Numbered from the stretch's first letter, positions 7,816 to 17,406 are shown. The stretch: DNA of 21,203 nucleotides from Verrucomicrobiota bacterium (GCA_038214755.1 JBBQRQ010000087.1:1-21203); one strand, 5' to 3'. Program-made: numbers and translations. Notes: a model not told the origin generated them from the sequence alone.

Positions 7816-8205
7816 TTAGCGGATCAATTTATAAATCAGCGCGACCTCAACGAGGCAGATGACAGTGAGACCGATCCAGGTCAACCATTCGCGGAGCGCC
7901 AAACTTTTTTGGAGAACGGGGCTGAGAGCAAACAGAATTTTCGCCAAGCCAATTTCTATCGTGTCGCCATTGCGCAGCAGGGTTTGCTCAACTGTTTTTC
8001 CCTCGACGATCACGGGGCTGTCCGGCTCCGCGACCAGGACGAAACCATCGGCGGAATTTAAATTGATTTGAAAATGTTTGTCCCAGACGCCGGGATCATC
8101 GAGGCAAAGCTCACACGAGGAAATCCGTCCGACAGAAAAAGGAAAACGGCGGGCCACCATTTCGGTTCCCGCCTTTTTTCCTGAAAGAATTTTTAGTTGA
8201 ACCAT
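7816..8205 (-). CDS. FHA-domain protein with C-terminal TM helix
   Basis: FSVGR...CELCLDDPGVWDKHFQI ... LRNGDTIEIG, with a hydrophobic C-terminus. Confidence 0.85.
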   Translation of the reverse strand: MVQLKILSGKKAGTEMVARRFPFSVGRISSCELCLDDPGVWDKHFQINLNSADGFVLVAEPDSPVIVEGKTVEQTLLRNGDTIEIGLAKILFALSPVLQKSLALREWLTWIGLTVICLVEVALIYKLIR

Positions 8206-8208
8206 CTT

Positions 8209-8490
8209 TGTAGCGGCGCGTCTGTGACCGCCGCATTGTTGGGTCTGATTTCAAGTGGCGGTCCACGTAGCGCAGGATTGTATCCTGCCGTATCGCCGGT
8301 TTGAAACCGGCTGAACGTCGCTAACACGGAAAGTCTCTGGTTCCCGATAGTCTCCCGTTCTTCGGCATCACGCAGGTTGAAAACCTGCGATACGGCAGGA
8401 TGCAATCCTGCGCTACAAACGGACCGCCAGTTAAACTCACACTTCGCATTTTTAAAATATTTCAGCGGCGGTCATAGACGCGCCGCTACA
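8209..8490. repeat. Nested REP-like element: outer doublet (same family as 1319-1387) enclosing an inner four-hairpin element at 8267-8416
   Basis: Outer TGTAGCGGCGCGTCTGTGACCGCCGC / GCGGCGGTCATAGACGCGCCGCTACA; middle TGGCGGTCC / GGACCGCCA; inner GTAGCGCAGGATTGTATCCTGCCGTATCGC / GCGATACGGCAGGATGCAATCCTGCGCTAC. Confidence 0.88.
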
Positions 8491-8494
8491 AACT

Positions 8495-9112
8495 TCACAG
8501 AAGTCGTCGGGGGACCCAAATGTAATCGCCCGGATAAACCGGCAGATCCAGCCGGGAGTCGCGCAATGCTTTGTCATAATTGATGATGAATTTTTTCCCA
8601 TTGGCCCGAGTGAGCTGGACTTTCGTGCGCTTGGCGAAGTCGGTGACGTCGCCCGCCGCCTGGATGGCTTTAATGACGGTAGTGTCGCCCACATACTCCT
8701 CTCGTTTGGGAATTTTGACTTCGCCACCAACGGAATAAAATCGTTGACTGGAGAGAACGGTCACATTCATCGAGACATAATATTTGGCGTAAGCTTTTTG
8801 CAATTCGTTCTGCAATTCGCCCGTGCCTTTTCCAGCGGCGGTGACCGCGCCGACCAAGGGGAGCGTGATCGTTCCGTCTTCTTTGATTTGTTCTTCCTGC
8901 GGCAGCGGAGCGGGAGTTGAACTCAAATTGGAAAACACAACTTTGATCATGTCGCCAGTGCGGAGTTTGTCGGTCGCGCCGCCGGTCGGAGCACCGGGAA
9001 CATCGGCGCGGATTGGCCCATCGGTTCCGCCGCAACCTGCGAATAATCCGATTGAAGTAAGTGCGCCAACGGAAAATAATGTCCGCAACAAGTTTGGTAA
9101 TTTCATGTTCAT
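8495..9112 (-). CDS. Polysaccharide export lipoprotein (Wza-like, Poly_export + SLBB domains)
   Basis: Lipobox FAGC, LRTGDMIKV, DGTITLPLVGAVTAAG, VGGEVKIP, AIQAAG and PGDYIWVP. Adjacent to the Wzc-like gene. Confidence 0.9.
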   Translation of the reverse strand: MNMKLPNLLRTLFSVGALTSIGLFAGCGGTDGPIRADVPGAPTGGATDKLRTGDMIKVVFSNLSSTPAPLPQEEQIKEDGTITLPLVGAVTAAGKGTGELQNELQKAYAKYYVSMNVTVLSSQRFYSVGGEVKIPKREEYVGDTTVIKAIQAAGDVTDFAKRTKVQLTRANGKKFIINYDKALRDSRLDLPVYPGDYIWVPRRLL

Positions 9113-9131
9113 CTCTGACTAAGTCCCAATT

Positions 9132-11270
9132 CTAAACTTTAGCGGGTTCCGGTTTTTTTTCCGCTTTCCCGGGTTGGACAACTGGCTCGTCACTTTGTTT
9201 GGAATATTCGTAATAGCCGCTGTAATAGTAATAATTTTCGTCCTGACTCATGTTGATGTTATTCAGAACAATTCCGAGCAGGTTGCCGCCGACTTTCTGC
9301 ACCATTTGTTTGGCGCGAACCGTCATGGGCTGCGGATAACGGCGATATTGGATGACTTGCAGAACCATGTCCATTTCGCTGGCGAGGATGGAAGCGTCAC
9401 TGACCCCGAGGAGCGGAGGAGAATCAAAAAAGACGAAGTCGTAACGGCGTTTGAGTTCGAGAATCAATTCCTTCATTTTCGCGGAACTCAAAATTCCCAT
9501 CGAGCTGCTGGGCAATTTGCCGCTGGGCATAAAATCCAGCGTCGAGAGCGAGGTGGTCTGAATCACTTCTTCGAGACTATTTTGTTTCAACAAATAATTG
9601 GTCAAGCCGATGGTGTTGGAAACTTTTAACACCTTGTGAATGCTGGGACGTCGCAAATCCGAATCGACAAGCAAACAGCGATTGCCGCTCTGCGCGAAGA
9701 TGGTGGCCAGATTCAATAAGGTGGTGGACTTGCCTTCGCCCGCGCCGCCGCTGACGACGGAGAGCGTATTGAGTTTGTCATCTTTGCGCGAAAATAAAAC
9801 GTTGGTGCGCAAAACGCGGTAGGCTTCGGCGTGCGGCGTGTCGGGACCTTCTTCCAAGAGCGCGCCGACATTTTGTGGAATAACTCCCAGGACCGGTGCT
9901 TGCAACGCACGCTCGACGTCGTCGATGGTCTTCACGCTGGTGTCGAGGTATTCGATGAAAAAGGCGAGGCCAATTCCGACAATCAAACCAACCACCACGC
10001 CCAAACCAAGGTTGAGCGGTTTGTTGGGTTTGACGGGGCGCAGGTTGACGACAGCCCGATCCACGACTTGGACGATGGAGGTGACTGGTTGAGCCGTCTC
10101 GATACTTTCCGCCGCGACTCTCAACGTGATGGCTTCTTTGACGCGCAGTAGATTTTCCAATTCTCGTTTTGCATCGAAATAGGGTCGGTATTTTTCCGCC
10201 TTGGTATTTAAATCGATCCGGGCAGCCTCCACGTCGGCCTCTGCTTTATCAAGCCGCGCCTTGAAGGTCTCCGTCTTGTTTTTTAATCCGATCAGGACTC
10301 CGTCAATTTCTTTATCCAATTGCGTGGAGACTAAATCAACAATGGCCTGAGCTTGTTTTACCGTTTGATGTTCGGGAGTGTACTCTTTGAGCAAGGAAGT
10401 GAGTTGCTGCTGGCCGGTGGTGAGCTTTTCCGCAAGGGTCGTGAGCAGAGAATCGAAAGGATAAATTGTGGCCAAGGAAGATCTTAAATCCTCGCGACTC
10501 AAGGCGCTGGCCTTCGTGAAGCGAGTGCCTTCCTCGTCATACTCCGCGGAAGCCTTGATGCGAAGTTGTTCGAGGCTCAAGAGAGTTTGATTATTCAAGA
10601 CCTGAGTGCTCTGGGGCGCATTATCCAAATCCGGCACGTTATTGGTCCGGCGCAATTCGCTCAGGGCTTTTTTGGCGAGGTCGGCTTCGCGTTCTTTTTC
10701 GGCGAGCTGTTCACGAAGGGATTTCACGCCTAACTCCCGGGCTTCCTTGCGAAGTTTTAAACGAATCTCTTTGTAAACATCGACGATGGTGTTGGCGATC
10801 AACGCGGCTTCCTTCATGTCTTCGCTATAAACCCAAATCTCGATCAAGCTGGTGTTGCGCGACTGGCGAACATTCATTTGTCCCTTGAGAAGGATGTAGG
10901 TGTTTTCTGTTTGGAGTCTGTTGCCGCCGCCATAACGAGTTGCCCATAAATCATTCAAATTTAAATTTTTAATGACCTCGTTTAAAACGGAGGACGATTG
11001 AATGACCTCGAACTCGGTTTGAAGCCAAAATGGATCGTAGGTCGCATAGGTCTGCTTTTGTTCGATGCCCGGCACGTCGGGAACATCTTTTTCAACCTTG
11101 ATCCGGGCCATGCTGGCGTAGGTCTTTGGGAGCCACCAGGTGACTGCGGCGGTGGTGAGCACGACCAAAAGAAACACGAGCAAGATAACAGTTTTGCGCA
11201 GCCGGATGATGCGCCAATAGTCCAGGAAATGAAGTTTCAGTTCTGGAACGTCGGGTAATTTAGTATCCAT
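9132..11270 (-). CDS. Polysaccharide co-polymerase / BY-kinase (Wzc/GumC-like)
   Basis: Two TM helices around a coiled-coil domain, EAYRVLRTN, Walker A GEGKST, LVDSDLRRP, FDSPP and the Tyr cluster YYYYSGYYEY. Confidence 0.95.
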   Translation of the reverse strand: MDTKLPDVPELKLHFLDYWRIIRLRKTVILLVFLLVVLTTAAVTWWLPKTYASMARIKVEKDVPDVPGIEQKQTYATYDPFWLQTEFEVIQSSSVLNEVIKNLNLNDLWATRYGGGNRLQTENTYILLKGQMNVRQSRNTSLIEIWVYSEDMKEAALIANTIVDVYKEIRLKLRKEARELGVKSLREQLAEKEREADLAKKALSELRRTNNVPDLDNAPQSTQVLNNQTLLSLEQLRIKASAEYDEEGTRFTKASALSREDLRSSLATIYPFDSLLTTLAEKLTTGQQQLTSLLKEYTPEHQTVKQAQAIVDLVSTQLDKEIDGVLIGLKNKTETFKARLDKAEADVEAARIDLNTKAEKYRPYFDAKRELENLLRVKEAITLRVAAESIETAQPVTSIVQVVDRAVVNLRPVKPNKPLNLGLGVVVGLIVGIGLAFFIEYLDTSVKTIDDVERALQAPVLGVIPQNVGALLEEGPDTPHAEAYRVLRTNVLFSRKDDKLNTLSVVSGGAGEGKSTTLLNLATIFAQSGNRCLLVDSDLRRPSIHKVLKVSNTIGLTNYLLKQNSLEEVIQTTSLSTLDFMPSGKLPSSSMGILSSAKMKELILELKRRYDFVFFDSPPLLGVSDASILASEMDMVLQVIQYRRYPQPMTVRAKQMVQKVGGNLLGIVLNNINMSQDENYYYYSGYYEYSKQSDEPVVQPGKAEKKPEPAKV

Positions 11271-11275
11271 ATCTC

Positions 11276-11310
11276 AAAAAAAATAAGAGGCTGACAATGT
11301 GCAGCCTCTC
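11276..11310 (-). terminator. Intrinsic-terminator-like hairpin just upstream of the Wzc start codon
   Basis: Minus strand GAGAGGCTG-CACATTGT-CAGCCTCTT followed by A and 8 T; the ATG begins 5 nt later. Confidence 0.6.
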
Positions 11311-11349
11311 ATCGGATTTTCAAATCTAATTTGGCAAGTTTTTCAAATC

Positions 11350-12627
11350 TTAGTAAGTCGCCCGAATACCGACATAGACCCGATTTCGAGAGTAACTGCG
11401 GCCAGACTGATCGGAGTCCACCCGATCAAAATTGTATCCGGCTTCGGCGAGCAGATGAGTATTGAATTGATACGCCAGATTGGCTGAGGCCAGGAAATAA
11501 TATTCAATATCGCCGTCAGCCGTTCCACGCTCGAACGTGCCACGTTGTCCTTGCACGAGGATACTTCCCAAAAGATGCGGAGTAATTTTGTGGTTCAACT
11601 GCGCATAAACGGCGGTGACTTCCTGGTCCGAAGTAACATCTTTGCCTGAGACAATCGTCGCGACATCCGTCCGGGTGCGCGTGTGGTGGATACCGGCCTG
11701 GATCGAACTTTCCGGAGTAAACTGATAGGCCAAACTCGCATCGGCATACGGGCTGACGGTCGTGTCCTTTTGTTTGTAGTAATCGACGTACTGGCCGCCC
11801 AGGCGGATCGAAGCGTTAAGCTGTGAATTAAAGCGGTGATCGGCGCCAATATACAAATAGTGCGAACGACTATTTCGAATATCGCTATTGATGTTCGCGC
11901 CTGTGAAAGGATCGTTGCCGATCGATTCTTTACTGCTAAAATCGACGAATCCAAATTGGTATCCCACGATCCCAACTGTTTCGGGCCTGAGCTGCCATCG
12001 CAAATTTATGGCGGCCAAATGTTCATCTCGATCCAGTAATGCGGAACGACTAGGAGCGCCAAGGGCGGCGTTGCTGGCATCCTGTTTGTAATCGTAAAAG
12101 GTATTTTGATAACGGAATTCGAGGCCGAAAAGTTCGGTCAACTGCGCGGTGAAACTGATCGAGCCTAGATTGCGAACGTTATTTCCTTCCGTGCGCAGCG
12201 GGATGGCGACGGCGCCGCCGGGACTAAGCACCTCGGGTTCTTGGGCGATAACGAAGGAATCGCTCAACTCAAGTTTGTATCGCTCCGTAAAAGCGTGGTC
12301 GAGGCGGGCATCAAACTTATGGCTTTGGTCGTATTTATGATTCCGGCGGTCTTCAAAATAGCGAAGCGAATATTCGTAACTCAATCCGATGAATGTCTGG
12401 TCCAGAGGCAAATTGAGCGAGGCGGAAGGAGTGAGCTCGTAACCCACGGTGCTCCGCTTGATGTTGTTGGGAGAAGTCGTGTAGTTGTCGTCGTAGAATC
12501 CACGCAGAGCCGCCGAGACGCTCCAGGGCTTTGTGGTTTGCATGGAAGAAAGAGTTGGAGCGTAGGCGGCCTGGAGACCGGACACACCGATTGCAACCAA
12601 TCCGGCAGAAGTGAGGAGTTTTTTCAT
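11350..12627 (-). CDS. Outer-membrane beta-barrel protein of polysaccharide loci (BBP2-like)
   Basis: Signal peptide, GFYDDN near the N-terminus, alternating beta strands and C-terminal YSRNRVYVGIRATY. Upstream of Wzc and Wza. Confidence 0.85.
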   Translation of the reverse strand: MKKLLTSAGLVAIGVSGLQAAYAPTLSSMQTTKPWSVSAALRGFYDDNYTTSPNNIKRSTVGYELTPSASLNLPLDQTFIGLSYEYSLRYFEDRRNHKYDQSHKFDARLDHAFTERYKLELSDSFVIAQEPEVLSPGGAVAIPLRTEGNNVRNLGSISFTAQLTELFGLEFRYQNTFYDYKQDASNAALGAPSRSALLDRDEHLAAINLRWQLRPETVGIVGYQFGFVDFSSKESIGNDPFTGANINSDIRNSRSHYLYIGADHRFNSQLNASIRLGGQYVDYYKQKDTTVSPYADASLAYQFTPESSIQAGIHHTRTRTDVATIVSGKDVTSDQEVTAVYAQLNHKITPHLLGSILVQGQRGTFERGTADGDIEYYFLASANLAYQFNTHLLAEAGYNFDRVDSDQSGRSYSRNRVYVGIRATY

Positions 12628-12688
12628 AAATATCTTTTTACCCTTTGATATGACCGATTTAAAACGTGCGACTAAAAATTGCGACGAA

Positions 12689-12718
12689 GTTTTATCTAAC
12701 CGAATCCCATCTTGTCAA
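12689..12718 (-). promoter_or_regulatory. Putative sigma70 promoter for the beta-barrel/Wzc/Wza genes
   Basis: Perfect TTGACA followed after 18 nt by TAAAAC, an imperfect -10. Confidence 0.4.
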
Positions 12719-12734
12719 ATAATCTTTTAGCTTC

Positions 12735-14579
12735 TTATTTGGGCGGTGCGCCCCAGCGCTCCCAGTCGGTCAAAAAAAGTTGCTCCGGCAAAAGTCCTGC
12801 AGGACCTTTCCGCAGCGGAAAACCGGGCAGGACTTCTCCTTTGGAAAGACTCCCCACCAGAAATGGACCCCAACCCTCGCGGTCTTCGATCATTCGAGAA
12901 AGGGCTTCGACGCTTTTTGGCGTGATGTAAAGCGCCTGGACTGTTTTGATGTCATCGGTGAGTTTTAAAAAATCTTTTGGATACGTCACGGTCATCGGCA
13001 CGCATTGACGGTCGCCATACCAGGCCACGGCCCACGGCACATCGCTCATCATCAATTCATTCTTTCGCATCAATCCCGCGAGCTGTTGAATAAGCGGCGG
13101 TTGATAAGGCGGAAAAGCGACGGGATTGGTCGCCGGCGGCAGCAGTGAAAAAATCAAGGGAGCGGAAACAATTGCGCAAAATAAAAAGGTGGCCGCGTAC
13201 GGAAAAATGAATTCAGAGAAATTTATTCTCCGCAACAGATCAAAATAAACCGCGACGCCAAAACCGAAAACGACCGGGCTGAGCAGCACCAGCAGATTTT
13301 CCGAGTTCAATAACGGCGAGTCGACCGAGAGATGAGTTCGTCCCAACGCCTGAGGCAGCCACAAAAAAAGGATGGAGAGCAAAATAAAAGTCCGCAACCT
13401 CGATTGCAGCTTCGATGGCAATGGAACCAGCAACCCCACCACAAAAAATAACGCCAGCCAACTCCGACCCAGCCGCGGGATTTCGTTCTCAAAAATATCG
13501 CGGCTGTTGATCATGAGTTTTCGAAAATAATCCGTGGCAAAAACTTTTGTGAAAATGGGCGGGCCGTCCAGGGAACGCTCCAACCGATTCTCGTGGAAGG
13601 CCGGTGTCATCTCGCAAATGGCGTAACCCGCCGTCCCGAATAAATTTCCGCTCCACGAATAGTTACGGACCAGCCACGGCGAAATGACAAAAAGAAAAGC
13701 CGCCAACGCGACAAGGCAAATCCGGGGCCGAGGCCCACTTTCAAAAAGCAAAAAGAAAATAAGGACCGCTCCCATCAGCCAGCCAAACGCATAGCGGGTC
13801 AAACAGCCGGCCCCAACAATCCCGCCGGCCAGAATTGCCAGGAAAATTGTTTTCCCCATCTGCTCTTTTTCCGCGGCGCGAGCGAATTGCATCAGAGTCC
13901 AGGCCAGACAAAGAAAAATCAAAACCAGCAGCATCGTCGGCAATCCCGAAATGCTGAATCGCCAAAACAAATCCGTCGCCACAAAAAGAAAGGCGGAAAC
14001 CAACGCGATGAAGGGATCGAAAAGTTGGCGCGCAATTTTATGTAAAACAATCGCCGCCAGAAAAAAAAGAGTCTGGTTCAACACCGCCACCCAAATTTCC
14101 GGTGAGTATTTAGAGAAGTACCTTCCGGGAAGCATGGAATAATTGATCGGCGCAATTTTCATGAAGCCCGCCAGCAAGGTTGGATAAGCTGGCGCGTTGG
14201 CCAGATCGGGATGCGGCGACTTGAGCGCAACGATTTTTTTTATTTCATTTTGTTGCGCGCTAAATTCCTTCGTAGCTTCGATGGACGCCTTCTCAGCGCG
14301 CAGGCTTTCCTGAATGGCGGCAAGTTCATTCGCGCGAGCTACGACGAGAGCAATACTGAGCGGCCGGACATAATCCGTGGTGTAACCCTGGCCCTCGGAA
14401 ATATTCCGAGCCAATTGCGCCAGGTCCATTGCTTCCTCGGTATTGAAATCCGTAAAGCAATTGAGATTATAAATAGTGGCCAGCGCGACAAATCCCAGAA
14501 TGGCCACAGAAATGCGAATCGCTCGCGCACCGCGCCCCTCCTCGAGGAAATGGAGCCACCCCTGTATTTGCGCTGACAT
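12735..14579 (-). CDS. GT-C fold integral-membrane glycosyltransferase (GT39/ArnT-PMT-like)
   Basis: Many TM segments; EAMDLAQLARNISEGQGY, APAYPTLLA, GCLTRY, PWLVRN and MSDVPWAVAWYG. Confidence 0.8.
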   Translation of the reverse strand: MSAQIQGWLHFLEEGRGARAIRISVAILGFVALATIYNLNCFTDFNTEEAMDLAQLARNISEGQGYTTDYVRPLSIALVVARANELAAIQESLRAEKASIEATKEFSAQQNEIKKIVALKSPHPDLANAPAYPTLLAGFMKIAPINYSMLPGRYFSKYSPEIWVAVLNQTLFFLAAIVLHKIARQLFDPFIALVSAFLFVATDLFWRFSISGLPTMLLVLIFLCLAWTLMQFARAAEKEQMGKTIFLAILAGGIVGAGCLTRYAFGWLMGAVLIFFLLFESGPRPRICLVALAAFLFVISPWLVRNYSWSGNLFGTAGYAICEMTPAFHENRLERSLDGPPIFTKVFATDYFRKLMINSRDIFENEIPRLGRSWLALFFVVGLLVPLPSKLQSRLRTFILLSILFLWLPQALGRTHLSVDSPLLNSENLLVLLSPVVFGFGVAVYFDLLRRINFSEFIFPYAATFLFCAIVSAPLIFSLLPPATNPVAFPPYQPPLIQQLAGLMRKNELMMSDVPWAVAWYGDRQCVPMTVTYPKDFLKLTDDIKTVQALYITPKSVEALSRMIEDREGWGPFLVGSLSKGEVLPGFPLRKGPAGLLPEQLFLTDWERWGAPPK

Positions 14580-15950
14580 CTACATTCCCTCCAAATGGTA
14601 GGTGTGAAGTTTGCGATGAAGCGTGCGCCGGCTCATGCCGGTTTTTTGCGCGGCCACGGTTCGATTGCCGTCCGATTCTTTCAAAGCGCGCGCGATCAAT
14701 TGTTTCTCCGCCTCTTTGATGCTCAAATTATTTGGCGCGGAAAGGCCCGACAAATTCATTGCTCCCGTCCCGCCGCTGCGCACATTGGCCGGCAGATCGC
14801 GAAACATAATTTTGTCGCCGCGCGCCAGCACCACCGCGTGCTCGAGGGCCGTGCGCAATTCACGGACATTTCCCGGCCAGGGATAATTCATCAAGCTCTC
14901 CATCGCTTCCGGAGCGATGCTGTTGACTGATTTCTCATTCTCTCTGGAAAATTCTCGCAAGAAAGTCTGCGCGAGCAAGGGAATATCACCCGCTCTCTCC
15001 CGCAACGGCGGCAAAATAATTTCCACCACACGCAATCGGAAAAATAAATCTTCACGGAAAGTTCCGGCTTTAACCAGATCCTCCAGATTTTTATTGGTCG
15101 CAGCAATCAAGCGCACGTCCGCCGACAAAGTTTTGTTGGAACCGACGCGCTCGAAAGTTCGCTCGCCTAAAAAGCGCAGCAACTTGACCTGAAGCGTCTG
15201 ATCGATTTCGCCAATCTCATCGAGAAAAAGTGTTCCGCCCTGCGCCTGCTCGAACCTCCCGACCCTTCGTTCGTGCGCTCCCGTAAACGCGCCGCGTTCA
15301 TGTCCGAACAATTCGCTCTCCAGCAGCGTCGGAGCCAGCGCGGCGCAATGCACGGTGACGAGCGGTTGTTTGGCGCGAGGGCTGAGTTGATGAATGGCTT
15401 TTGCAATCAGTTCTTTGCCCGTGCCGCTTTCGCCCAAAAGTAAAATCGAGGCGCGGGTCGGCGCAACTTGTCGAACCACATCCAGCACCTCTTTCATCCC
15501 GCTCGATTCGCCAATGATATTTTCCAAACCAAATTTCGTGTGCAATTGCTGGCGCAGCGAAACATTTTCCGTCTCGAGATTTTGCTGGCGCAAGGCGCGG
15601 GCGATCCGCATTTCGAGTTCATCAATCTGCAAACGTCCTTTGGCGATGTAATCATCCGCCCCGCGTTTCATCGCTTCCACCGCCAATTCCTCCGAGCCAT
15701 AGGCCGTCATCAACATGCAAATCGGCGGCCGGGGCAGCGACTTGGCGCGCGCGATCAACTTCATTCCATCTTCTTTCGGCAAACGAAAATCCGTGAGCAA
15801 CACGTCGAAGTTTTCCTGTTCCAACAAAATCATCGCGCTCGCCGCGTCGTCCGCCACATAAACGTCGTAACGTTCTTCCAGCGCCGCGCGCAATCCTTCG
15901 CGCGTCGGCTTCTCGTCATCCACGATGAGCAACATTGGTTTCAAATCCAT
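14580..15950 (-). CDS. Sigma54-dependent response regulator (NtrC/AtoC family)
   Basis: Receiver domain (IVDDE, LTD, MTAYG), AAA+ domain ([28 protein letters not shown]) and a Fis-type HTH. Confidence 0.97.
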   Translation of the reverse strand: MDLKPMLLIVDDEKPTREGLRAALEERYDVYVADDAASAMILLEQENFDVLLTDFRLPKEDGMKLIARAKSLPRPPICMLMTAYGSEELAVEAMKRGADDYIAKGRLQIDELEMRIARALRQQNLETENVSLRQQLHTKFGLENIIGESSGMKEVLDVVRQVAPTRASILLLGESGTGKELIAKAIHQLSPRAKQPLVTVHCAALAPTLLESELFGHERGAFTGAHERRVGRFEQAQGGTLFLDEIGEIDQTLQVKLLRFLGERTFERVGSNKTLSADVRLIAATNKNLEDLVKAGTFREDLFFRLRVVEIILPPLRERAGDIPLLAQTFLREFSRENEKSVNSIAPEAMESLMNYPWPGNVRELRTALEHAVVLARGDKIMFRDLPANVRSGGTGAMNLSGLSAPNNLSIKEAEKQLIARALKESDGNRTVAAQKTGMSRRTLHRKLHTYHLEGM

Positions 15951-15955
15951 TTTAT

Positions 15956-16172
15956 GAATTTCGATTTACGATTTACGAGCGCCCAGCGTAGTGGGGCAGG
16001 CTTCCAGCCTGCCGCTTGCGGGCATCTTGCCCGCGAATTCCCGAAACGTGGGCTGGAAGCCCGCCAAGGCAGACAAAATGTCTGCCCCATTATTTTGCCG
16101 CCCACAGTCTGATGTTCCACAGGATATGTTTTCTCTTTCGCTCGTAAATCGTAAATCCTAAATCGTAAATTC
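15956..16172. repeat. Composite element: inverted heptamer arrays (CGTAAAT)n enclosing a four-hairpin REP-like element at 15988-16093
   Basis: GATTTACGATTTACGAGCG / CGCTCGTAAATCGTAAATC form a 19-bp perfect inverted repeat; inner hairpins at 15996-16012, 16018-16034, 16048-16064 and 16069-16085. Confidence 0.85.
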
Positions 16173-16173
16173 C

Positions 16174-17406
16174 TCACCCCTGCAACAACCGCCTCCTTCT
16201 CTCATGCAACGGCAGCCAGATCCGAAACATCGTCCCTTCACCCACGTTGCTTTCCAACTCGATTCGTCCGCCGTGATCGCGCACGATCCGCTGCACGATC
16301 ATCAGGCCCAATCCGGTTCCTTTTTCTTTCGTCGTAAAAAACGGCTCAAAAATCCGGTTCAATTGTTCCTGCGGAATCCCGCCGCCGGTGTCTCGCACGC
16401 TGACCCAAACTCCCTCCAAACTTTCGCCCGTTTGCAGCGTAAGTTTTCCGCCGCGACCCATCGCTTGCACTGCATTTTTTATCAGGTTGACCAGCACTTG
16501 TTTGATCTGCCCGAAATCCATCGGCGACTTCGGCAAGCGCTCGGTTAATTTTGCCGAGAGATTCAAGCCGCGATTATCAATTTCGGGTTGAAGCAAATCC
16601 AAAGTTTCCCGAACCACATCGTTGAGCGAGGCCAGCGCCAGCTTCGGTTCCGATGGGCGAATCGCCTGGAGAAATTGCGTGATGATGTAATCGAGCCGCG
16701 AGATTTCTCCTTTTGCCACGTCCAGATATTTTTCCAAACGATCCACGCTCTCGTTATGGTTGGCGGGCGACAATTCTGAGGCGCGATTTCTTTTTCCAAA
16801 ACGCGGCGCGCGCAATTCAGCGGCGGGCTGGCGAAGTTTTTTTATTTCCCGCATCATCAATTGCAAATGAATGTGCAGCGCATTCAATGGATTCCCAATT
16901 TCATGCGCGACGCTCGCCGCCAGCAAGGTCAAGGAATGCGCCCGCTCGCTTTCTATCGCCTGAAACGTTTCCTGGCGCGCTTCGGTCGCATCGTGCAGAA
17001 TGAGCGCAACGCCGGTGCCGGCATCGCTTTCTCCGTCGAGCGGCGCGACGTAAAGCCGAAAAAATTTCGCGCTCGGATAACTGATTTCAAATTCGTGCCG
17101 GGCCACGCGCTGGCCTTTTTTTATTTCCAACAGTTCCGGCCAGTTCAACTGCGGCAAACAGTTCGCAATGGATTTCCCTTCGGCAATTTCTTCGCACCAA
17201 TTGAGAATTCGCGTGACAGCCTGGTTGAAATAAATGATGCGCCCTTTGTCGTCCACCACGACCACGCCGTCTTCAATGGTGTTGAAAAGCGTTTCCAAAA
17301 AAGTCCGTTCGCGCGCCAGCCGCTGCACCACGGTTTGCAGACCTTCCGCGTCGAGCCGGGCGAGGCGGCCTAAAACTTTGTCGAGGAAACTGGATTTGCC
17401 GGGCAT
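16174..17406 (-). CDS. Cytoplasmic PAS-domain sensor histidine kinase
   Basis: PAS domain (IEDGVVVVD..GRIIYFN), H-box AHEIGNPLN, N-box NLIKNA, DTGGGI, FEPFFTTK and GTGLGL. No TM segment. Confidence 0.96.
   Translation of the reverse strand: MPGKSSFLDKVLGRLARLDAEGLQTVVQRLARERTFLETLFNTIEDGVVVVDDKGRIIYFNQAVTRILNWCEEIAEGKSIANCLPQLNWPELLEIKKGQRVARHEFEISYPSAKFFRLYVAPLDGESDAGTGVALILHDATEARQETFQAIESERAHSLTLLAASVAHEIGNPLNALHIHLQLMMREIKKLRQPAAELRAPRFGKRNRASELSPANHNESVDRLEKYLDVAKGEISRLDYIITQFLQAIRPSEPKLALASLNDVVRETLDLLQPEIDNRGLNLSAKLTERLPKSPMDFGQIKQVLVNLIKNAVQAMGRGGKLTLQTGESLEGVWVSVRDTGGGIPQEQLNRIFEPFFTTKEKGTGLGLMIVQRIVRDHGGRIELESNVGEGTMFRIWLPLHERRRRLLQG

Noticed and set aside
7554..7819. Short ORFs over the purH-FHA spacer (also 8193-8583, 15941-16177 and 19606-19830)
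   Set aside because: They coincide with palindromic repeat elements and show no protein-like motifs.
12628..12734. Sigma54 -24/-12 promoter as a local target of the NtrC-type regulator
   Set aside because: No convincing TGGCAC-N5-TTGC found by eye here or in the other spacers; a PWM scan would be needed to exclude it.
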